A stretch of 64,000 nt of DNA, taken from NCBI GenBank assembly GCA_903825245.1, contig CAIJZX010000016.1, forward strand, positions 66,100 to 130,099, in the 5' to 3' direction. This document shows, piece after piece, positions 57,913 to 64,000 of the stretch. Both the position numbers and the translations under genes were made by a program. Source of the DNA: Candidatus Kerfeldbacteria bacterium. Its GTDB lineage: Bacteria; Patescibacteriota; Patescibacteriia; SBBC01; CAIJZX01. Below the pieces are notes generated by a model. The model did not search any database and was not told the DNA's origin. It saw only the letters and a list, made by a program, of their open reading frames with translations. Each line of letters opens with the position of its first letter. Positions within the stretch are counted from its first letter, which is position 1.

Positions 57913-58542
57913 TTATTTGTGCTCAAATTTGAGTTCGTGTTCAAGACGAACGAAGTCTCGAAAATTTGATCCGGCGAACTGCTTAATCTCTCGTGCCGTA
58001 CGCGGCCCACGAGCGAGAACGATAACTTCTTTACCTTGCTGTTGAATGTGTTTCAAGACCGCTAAAAAATCGCCATCTCCGGAAAGCACAAGTACTCGAT
58101 CATAGTCGGGCAAATCGCGCATCATGGCGAAGGTCATGTCAACATCGCAATTCGCCTTTCGTTTTACCGAACCATCGTCTTGATGATAGGTCTTCACTGG
58201 TTTGAGCACGAGATGGTAACCAAACTGTTCAAGCAGTAAGTAAAACCGGACGCGCTGAAGGTGTTTGCCAGCAATCAGTAACTCAGCTTCATTCAAGTTT
58301 TTGCCTTGGCGCTTGATATTGTCGGCGAGATGACGTTCTAGGTCTTGTAACGGTACGGTCTCATAATGAAGATAGTCATTATGAAAGTTATTCGTTTCAA
58401 CGCCACCAAAGTAATAAACCCGCGTAACATCGTACTTCTTTCGTAAATATAGTAGGAGTTTTTTGTAATCGATTTTCCAGCCTAAACTTTTCTCTCCGCC
58501 ATAGAAGAGGTTTGAGGCATCAATATAGACGTAGGTTTTCAT
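57913..58542 (-). CDS. NYN-domain (LabA/DUF88-like, PIN-related) predicted ribonuclease
   Basis: YIDASNL...VLVLSGDGDF acidic motifs of the NYN fold. Confidence 0.6.
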   Translation of the reverse strand: MKTYVYIDASNLFYGGEKSLGWKIDYKKLLLYLRKKYDVTRVYYFGGVETNNFHNDYLHYETVPLQDLERHLADNIKRQGKNLNEAELLIAGKHLQRVRFYLLLEQFGYHLVLKPVKTYHQDDGSVKRKANCDVDMTFAMMRDLPDYDRVLVLSGDGDFLAVLKHIQQQGKEVIVLARGPRTAREIKQFAGSNFRDFVRLEHELKFEHK

Positions 58543-58653
58543 GTTTTTATGATACCCGAAGAAATACCGAATGTCAAATAGTTCCCTACGTTAACCAAAA
58601 TGCCTATATTGAGTACAGGGTATGTGAATAAATAACAAGGCGTATTTGAGAAT

Positions 58654-60438
58654 TCATACGTAATGCAAACCATGCTTCTCTCGGATCACCCGTTCCGCTT
58701 CCCGATACTTGGCAATATTTTTGTTGCCTTTCCCCTGCCCGATAAACGGTAAGCGATAGACGAATGATGGCACCCATGCGCTCATGCCGATCTTTTGATC
58801 ACGCTGAGTAACGGTGAAAAGCATTTCCGGAATCCACATTGCCTGCTTCTTGTGCTCAGCCATCGTCAGCCATAAATCCCAATCCTGAAAACGTTTCAAG
58901 GTTTCATCAAATCGCGGAAAGGCCGATCGTCGCATCAGGCTTGAGGTGTGAATATAATTCATTTTTTTCAAATCCGAAACAGAGTATTCATGTAGATGAA
59001 ATTTTTTCCAGCCGAACGTGAAATCGCTATATACCATGTCGATTTTTGGATGCGCATCGAGGGCACGAACCATATGTTCAATCGCTTTCGATTCAAGCAC
59101 AATGTCGGCATCGAGAAAAATAACATAGTCACCATGGCTGGCATCAAAACCGGTGTTTCGGGCTTGCGGCGCGCCGCCGTTTTCCTGACGAATGTATTTC
59201 ACCGAAGATGCAAAGGGTTTCAGTGCGGCCGCAAGATCATCAGTAGAACCGTCATCAACAACGATGATGTCAATATTTTTATACGTTTGTGATTGCACTG
59301 ATTGCAACGTGGCGGCAATCGTTGAAGCGGCTTGGTATGCCGGAATAATAATGGAAACCTTATGTTGTTGCTCAGAAATTATGAGCTGTTTCAACCGCGC
59401 GACGCGAACGGTATCGGTGAACTCTTTCAGAACGCGCTGTCTCCCCTGTTCGCCGATTCGATGCGCATCACTCGGCACATCAAATAACTGTGCAACTTTT
59501 TTTACAATAGCATCAGTATCGTTTGATTGGACGAGAAAACCTGTGACGCCGTCAGCAATGGCATCGCGAATACCGCCGGTATCACTGCCGATCACCGGCA
59601 AACCAACCGCTGAGGCTTCAATATACACTAATCCAAATCCTTCAATATCGCGACCGCCTGCTTCAATCGTCGGCGTCATGATAAAAACATCCGCATGCGA
59701 AAGCAATTTCCACTTTTCATCCTCATCAATAAAACCATGAAATGTCACAGCATCACCAATGCCAAGTTCCTGAGCTTTTTGCTCTAACGCTTCGCGTTCC
59801 GGTCCATCGCCGATAACATCGAGCGTACAATCGGGATACGCTTTTCTCAGTTGAGATACGACATCTAAAAGCGTGGTGATATTTTTTCGTTTCACTAATC
59901 GCGCGGCGGTGACGAGCTTGCGACCCGCGACTGCGGAACGCGATTCCAGCAAAACGCGATTAGCGCTGACATACGGATGCGCCTCAACAATACGCGCTTT
60001 CGGAACGCCATGATGATGGACGCGGTTAGCCATAAATGAGCTATTGACGGCAATCCACCGCGCGCGTCGTAACAGGTAATTCATGATCGGCCGCATGTAC
60101 CAGCGCCGCTCATCTTCAAGCAGATCGTTACCGTGGACAAATATGGCAAACGGTATACCGGCAATACCAGCCGCCAACACTGCACGGCTCCAATGGCCGA
60201 AAATAGCGAGCTCGAGCCCATCTGCTTTCGCGCTGTTGAACCAACTTACCAGCCACCACCAACTCGGTCGCGACGTGCCGGAAAATAACGACCGGCGGAT
60301 ATGCTGTTCGTCAGATGCAACATGCGGTGCGATTACCGTTACATCGTCGCCGAGACTTCGCGCAAATAGTTCAAGGGTCGATTGAATACCGCCGATATCC
60401 GGCGGATAAAATTCACTGAGCAAGGCAAACCGGGTCAT
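58654..60438 (-). CDS. Bifunctional GT4 (N-terminal) and GT2 (C-terminal) glycosyltransferase
   Basis: GT4 signature EASAVGLPVIGSDTGG, followed by the GT2 block VSIIIPAYQ...VVDDGSTDD. Confidence 0.7.
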   Translation of the reverse strand: MTRFALLSEFYPPDIGGIQSTLELFARSLGDDVTVIAPHVASDEQHIRRSLFSGTSRPSWWWLVSWFNSAKADGLELAIFGHWSRAVLAAGIAGIPFAIFVHGNDLLEDERRWYMRPIMNYLLRRARWIAVNSSFMANRVHHHGVPKARIVEAHPYVSANRVLLESRSAVAGRKLVTAARLVKRKNITTLLDVVSQLRKAYPDCTLDVIGDGPEREALEQKAQELGIGDAVTFHGFIDEDEKWKLLSHADVFIMTPTIEAGGRDIEGFGLVYIEASAVGLPVIGSDTGGIRDAIADGVTGFLVQSNDTDAIVKKVAQLFDVPSDAHRIGEQGRQRVLKEFTDTVRVARLKQLIISEQQHKVSIIIPAYQAASTIAATLQSVQSQTYKNIDIIVVDDGSTDDLAAALKPFASSVKYIRQENGGAPQARNTGFDASHGDYVIFLDADIVLESKAIEHMVRALDAHPKIDMVYSDFTFGWKKFHLHEYSVSDLKKMNYIHTSSLMRRSAFPRFDETLKRFQDWDLWLTMAEHKKQAMWIPEMLFTVTQRDQKIGMSAWVPSFVYRLPFIGQGKGNKNIAKYREAERVIREKHGLHYV

Positions 60439-61910
60439 GATCGGCGTATGCGCGCAGCTAAATGCTCAACATCCTGACGGGAAATAATCTGGAATACAAA
60501 CAGTAGCACCAGGTACACCGCGCCAAGAGTTGCTGCAACGAAGAAAACCCCGGACATGTTTTTTGTGTAGGCCAGTAGTCCTAAACCAATCGCACCGAGA
60601 ATTAATCCAGCCGCGATTGTTTTTCCGAAGGTGAAGAGTAGTTCGCGAATCGGAAATTGAATTGTTTTTCGCGCATAATAGAAACCGAGGGAAAATAACA
60701 GCAACGATGTACAAACGGAAATAATCGCCACCGAATAGTACGAATATTGCCGAATAAAAATTAGGTTTAATCCGATATTGACCAACACCGTGATCGCAAT
60801 ATTCCACGTATTCCGCGTTTGTCGATTGGCGGCATTCAATAAATAGCCGATCGGATAATGTAAGAATAAGAACGGCAAGCCGATTGATAAAATACGCAAC
60901 GGCCAGACAGCGTCAATCCATACTTTTTTGTAAAGCAACAGGACGAGCGGATGCGCCAGAAGAATAATCACCACCATGATCGGGACGAAGACAATAATCA
61001 AATATCGCATAGCATCGAGGAAAAGACGCTGCAGTTTTTTGCGATCATTGATAAACGCAGCGCTCATGGCCGGATAGATAGCACCGACGAGCGCGGCCGG
61101 AACAATTTGGAAAGCAATCGCCATTTTGCTTGCCGTGCCGTAGAGACCGACGTCGCGATGCGTTTTAAAGATTTGCAATAGGAATGTGTCGCTGTTCGCG
61201 TATAGCGCCGTGAAGAGCGCCGCGACGGCGAAAGGAAAAGCAATTTTCAGCAATCGCTTCATGACTGTCGTATCCCATTTCGGGCGCCAGCTCATTCCCT
61301 GGCGCCACAGATGGAACGAAACATATAAGAAGTTAGCGGTACTACCAGCAACGAGCGCGATGATAACCACAATCGGCGGGGCGCCGAGATGAAGCGCTAA
61401 TAATCCTACCAGCATCACCACCACGCGGTGAAGCACTGTTCCGACCGATTCGAACTCTAGACGCTGTAATCCGCGGAAAAAACCGTACCCGGTGGCCGTA
61501 ATGGCGTCGATGGCCATGCCAATTGCCGCCCATACGAGATATTGGGATGCCGGATGCGATAAACCGGCCTTGGAAAAAATATAAACCGTCACCGCTAACG
61601 CACCAGAAACGACCACCGCCATCAGTATCTTAAACGTAATAATGATATTGTACTCGTTTTTTCCTTCCGTTGGATCGCGAGCCACCTGGCGAATGAAGGC
61701 CGGGAGTAATCCTAAGTCGACGAAAATGGCGAAGATATTGATAAACGACAACGCGCCCAAATATTCGCCGATCGCCGACGGACCAATCAGTACCGCCACG
61801 ACCGGAATATACAACGCCGACAACACCTTTTGCCCGAGTAGGGCTAAAGTTAAGTAGGTCGTGTTTCTTGCGACCCGTCCGCCGTTGACCGTCGTCGGGG
61901 CTGCCGTCAT
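60435..61910 (-). CDS. Wzx-like oligosaccharide flippase (MOP superfamily)
   Basis: About 12-14 TM helices. N-terminal TYLTLALLGQKVLSALYIPVVA matches the polysaccharide biosynthesis protein pattern. Confidence 0.65.
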   Translation of the reverse strand: MTAAPTTVNGGRVARNTTYLTLALLGQKVLSALYIPVVAVLIGPSAIGEYLGALSFINIFAIFVDLGLLPAFIRQVARDPTEGKNEYNIIITFKILMAVVVSGALAVTVYIFSKAGLSHPASQYLVWAAIGMAIDAITATGYGFFRGLQRLEFESVGTVLHRVVVMLVGLLALHLGAPPIVVIIALVAGSTANFLYVSFHLWRQGMSWRPKWDTTVMKRLLKIAFPFAVAALFTALYANSDTFLLQIFKTHRDVGLYGTASKMAIAFQIVPAALVGAIYPAMSAAFINDRKKLQRLFLDAMRYLIIVFVPIMVVIILLAHPLVLLLYKKVWIDAVWPLRILSIGLPFLFLHYPIGYLLNAANRQTRNTWNIAITVLVNIGLNLIFIRQYSYYSVAIISVCTSLLLFSLGFYYARKTIQFPIRELLFTFGKTIAAGLILGAIGLGLLAYTKNMSGVFFVAATLGAVYLVLLFVFQIISRQDVEHLAARIRRS

Positions 61911-61920
61911 AGATTTTCGA

Positions 61921-62451
61921 TTAACGTTTTTGCCACTGTGGCGCGCGTCGGGCGCGCTTGAGGCCGTATTTTTTGCGTTCTTTCGCCCGCGGATCGCGGC
62001 GCATGAAACCGGCGCGCTTCAAAACGAGGCGTAAATCCGGATCACCTTTGACGAGGGCGCGCGCAATACCGAGACGAACCGCTTCTGCTTGGCCGGCGAC
62101 GCCGCCACCATTCACTTTAGCAGTCATATTACCGACCGTCGTGTTGTTCGTCGCGACTAATGGTTGCATGACGGCGAATTGAAGTTCGAGCGTCGGGAAG
62201 TACTGCGTCATCGGCCGTCCGTTGACGGTAAAAGCCGGGGCATCGTTGGCGTGCCAACGAACGCGAGCGACCGCTTCTTTTCGGCGTCCAACAGCGAAGA
62301 TGTATGTCGTCTTAGCGTGCGGGGTTGTCGGCTTGCTGATGACATGGTGCGCCACTTTTTCGGCCACAGGTTTCGCAACTGTCTTGCGGACAGTCGGTTT
62401 GCGGGTCGTTACTTTCTTGGCCGTAGGTTTTTTCTCAGCGGTTGTAGGCAT
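61921..62451 (-). CDS. rpsI: Ribosomal protein S9 with a Lys/Thr-rich N-terminal extension
   Basis: C-terminal GGGVAGQAEAVRLGIARAL...RRAPQWQKR. About 45 extra N-terminal residues. Confidence 0.85.
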   Translation of the reverse strand: MPTTAEKKPTAKKVTTRKPTVRKTVAKPVAEKVAHHVISKPTTPHAKTTYIFAVGRRKEAVARVRWHANDAPAFTVNGRPMTQYFPTLELQFAVMQPLVATNNTTVGNMTAKVNGGGVAGQAEAVRLGIARALVKGDPDLRLVLKRAGFMRRDPRAKERKKYGLKRARRAPQWQKR

Positions 62452-62453
62452 GA

Positions 62454-62801
62454 CTATTGTACTTCGAGGATGAGTCGTTTCAAAATGCGATCGCGGAGCT
62501 TATTGTCCGGTAACATCCGCTTGACGGCCAGTTTCAATAACCGTTCCGGGTGTTTCTCACGGACTTCAAACAATTTCTTCTTTTTTAAGCCGCCCGGATA
62601 GCCGGAGAAATTGTAATACATTTTCGTGCGTTCTTTGGTGCCACTAACAACAACTTTATCGGCATGATGAACAACAACTGTTATATCAGCTTCTCGATCA
62701 GGTCGATAGGCGGTCGTTTTTTTCCCGCGAAGCGTAATTGCGATGTCCGACGCTAATCGGCCGAGGATCTTATTGGTAGCGTCAAATTCGATGGTCGTCA
62801 T
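62454..62801 (-). CDS. rplM: Ribosomal protein L13
   Basis: IDATNKILGRLAS... conserved N-terminus. Confidence 0.85.
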   Translation of the reverse strand: MTTIEFDATNKILGRLASDIAITLRGKKTTAYRPDREADITVVVHHADKVVVSGTKERTKMYYNFSGYPGGLKKKKLFEVREKHPERLLKLAVKRMLPDNKLRDRILKRLILEVQ

Positions 62802-62803
62802 GG

Positions 62804-63160
62804 CTATTCGGTAATGAATTCAAGCAACACTTTTTCCGCGCCATCGCCGGATCGAAATCCGACTTTGATACTGCGCAGGTAACCGCTCTGGCGTTTCGCG
62901 TAGCGCGGTCCAAGCGTCATGATGAGCTTATCGGCGGCTTTGGCGTTGTTCAACGCGGCCATCACCTGTCGGCGAGCGTGTAACGTTTTCGGTTTCGCCG
63001 CGGTCACTAAGCGCTCCACCATCGACTTCGTCGCTCGCGCTTTGGCCGCCGTGGTGGTAATGCGTTCATGCGTAATCAAGCTAATCGCCAAATTGCGCAT
63101 TAACGGTACCCGCTGTTTAGCGGTTCGGTCGAGCGTTAGTTTATTCTTACGGTGTCGCAT
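62804..63160 (-). CDS. rplQ: Ribosomal protein L17
   Basis: MRHRKNKLTLDRTAKQR...HERITTT signature. Confidence 0.85.
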   Translation of the reverse strand: MRHRKNKLTLDRTAKQRVPLMRNLAISLITHERITTTAAKARATKSMVERLVTAAKPKTLHARRQVMAALNNAKAADKLIMTLGPRYAKRQSGYLRSIKVGFRSGDGAEKVLLEFITE

Positions 63161-63169
63161 GGGAAAATA

Positions 63170-63985
63170 TTAGGCTTCGTCTTCGTCAGATTTCTTCTTG
63201 GCAGTCTTTTTCTTCTTCGGTTCGTCATCAGCTGATTCGTCTGTTGTTTCAACCGGTTCTTCCACCGTTTCGACTACCGCTTCCGTGGTGACCATGCCAG
63301 CGGCATTGTCGAGGACGAAACTAAAGTGATCGACGAGGATTTTGGCCGCCTGTTGCAATGCTTCTTGCGGCGTCACGGTACCATCGGTCGTAATATCGAG
63401 TAACAATTTATCGTAGTTGGTCATTTGGCCGACGCGGACGTTCTCGGTCGTGAAATTCACGTTCTTCATCGGCGTGTAAATCGCATCGAGAGAAATCGTA
63501 CCAAGCGGCAGGCGTTCTTTTTCGCGATTTTCTACCGGGACATAGCCGCGGCCTTTGCCGACGGTCAATTCCACTTCGAACTTGGCTGCTTTATCGGTTA
63601 AGGTGGCGATGTGTTGCTTCGGGTTGAAGACTTCAACATCAGCATTGCCTTTAATATCGGCGGCCGTCACGTCGCCGGCTCCGGTCTTGGAGATGGTTAC
63701 CGTTGTCGGTTCGTCGGTATGAATCTTGAGGCGGACGAGTTTCAGGTTCAAGAGAATATCAACCACGTCTTCCTTCACGAACGGTAGGGTCGAAAATTCA
63801 TGCGTCACGCCTTCGAATTTGACCGCGGTAATCGCGCCGCCAGCCAAGGACGATAGTAAGACGCGTCGCAAGGCGTTGCCGACGGTCATACCATAACCTG
63901 GGTAAAGCGGTTCGACGGTGAACGTGGCGCGGTGATTGCGCTGTTCGTCCTGCGTCAGGGATGTTGGGAGTGGTAACGTTTCCAT
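63170..63985 (-). CDS. rpoA: RNA polymerase alpha subunit (N-terminal domain with charged tail; no canonical alpha-CTD)
   Basis: Alpha-NTD dimerisation motifs (EPLYPGYGMTVGNALRRVLLSSL). Ends in an acidic/Lys tail after about 240 aa. Confidence 0.75.
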   Translation of the reverse strand: METLPLPTSLTQDEQRNHRATFTVEPLYPGYGMTVGNALRRVLLSSLAGGAITAVKFEGVTHEFSTLPFVKEDVVDILLNLKLVRLKIHTDEPTTVTISKTGAGDVTAADIKGNADVEVFNPKQHIATLTDKAAKFEVELTVGKGRGYVPVENREKERLPLGTISLDAIYTPMKNVNFTTENVRVGQMTNYDKLLLDITTDGTVTPQEALQQAAKILVDHFSFVLDNAAGMVTTEAVVETVEEPVETTDESADDEPKKKKTAKKKSDEDEA

Positions 63986-64000
63986 AGTTCTGACCCTTTA

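Noticed and set aside
1-64000. CRISPR arrays, rRNA genes and IS/transposase genes.
   Set aside because: No regularly spaced direct repeats, no rRNA-like sequence, and no transposase or integrase ORFs were found. All mobile-element evidence is indirect: repeats, composition and tRNA fragment duplication.

Overview
This 64-kb window is a gene-dense bacterial chromosome segment at about 50% GC. Its content and style are consistent with a small-genome Patescibacteria/CPR-like organism, but that placement is inference from gene content only.

Most of the window is core machinery:
- Cell division and cell wall: a FtsB-like protein, a PpiC-type PPIase, ftsE/ftsX, a fused RlpA-like DPBB plus DD-carboxypeptidase, an EnvC-like M23 peptidase, ftsQ, alr, mrdA-mreD-mreC-mreB with a second mreB paralog, rseP and frr.
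- Translation and replication: gltX, serS, lysS, fmt, def, a priA-like gene, holB, and rpsI-rplM-rplQ-rpoA at the right edge.
- A pentose/nucleoside salvage block: rpiB, rpe, a class II aldolase, a PfkB kinase and an archaeal-type AMP phosphorylase.
- A surface-glycan locus of GT2, GT4, GT26, O-antigen-ligase-like, Wzx and DUF4012 genes from about 47.1 to 61.9 kb.
- Three tRNAs: Thr-CGT, Gly-CCC and Gln-TTG.

The most interesting feature is an AT-rich, about 2-kb island at roughly 55.6-57.8 kb that sits inside the glycan locus. It encodes a GIY-YIG nuclease fused to a DUF2075/SF1 helicase-like ATPase, with a MazG-like NTP pyrophosphohydrolase 5 bp upstream on the same strand and a NYN-domain nuclease next to it. 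A perfect 16-bp inverted repeat marks one edge. This looks like a candidate uncharacterised defence or toxin-like module.

Second, four intergenic elements share conserved CCCGTTAGA / TCTAACGGG inverted termini with unrelated interiors. Each runs from the stop of one gene to the ATG of the next, and the start-proximal arm always abuts the start codon. The likeliest reading is a family of mRNA stem-loops that sequester translation start regions.

Other features worth a look:
- A 33-bp direct repeat flanks a 731-aa beta-helix surface protein.
- A 17-bp direct repeat flanks an NHL-repeat lipoprotein cassette.
- A GC-rich, foreign-looking gene lies between two strong terminators.
- A 21-nt duplicate of the tRNA-Gly 3' end lies near the intact gene.
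- The RlpA and DacA domains are fused, whereas rlpA and dacA are adjacent separate genes in E. coli.

I saw no CRISPR array and no rRNA.
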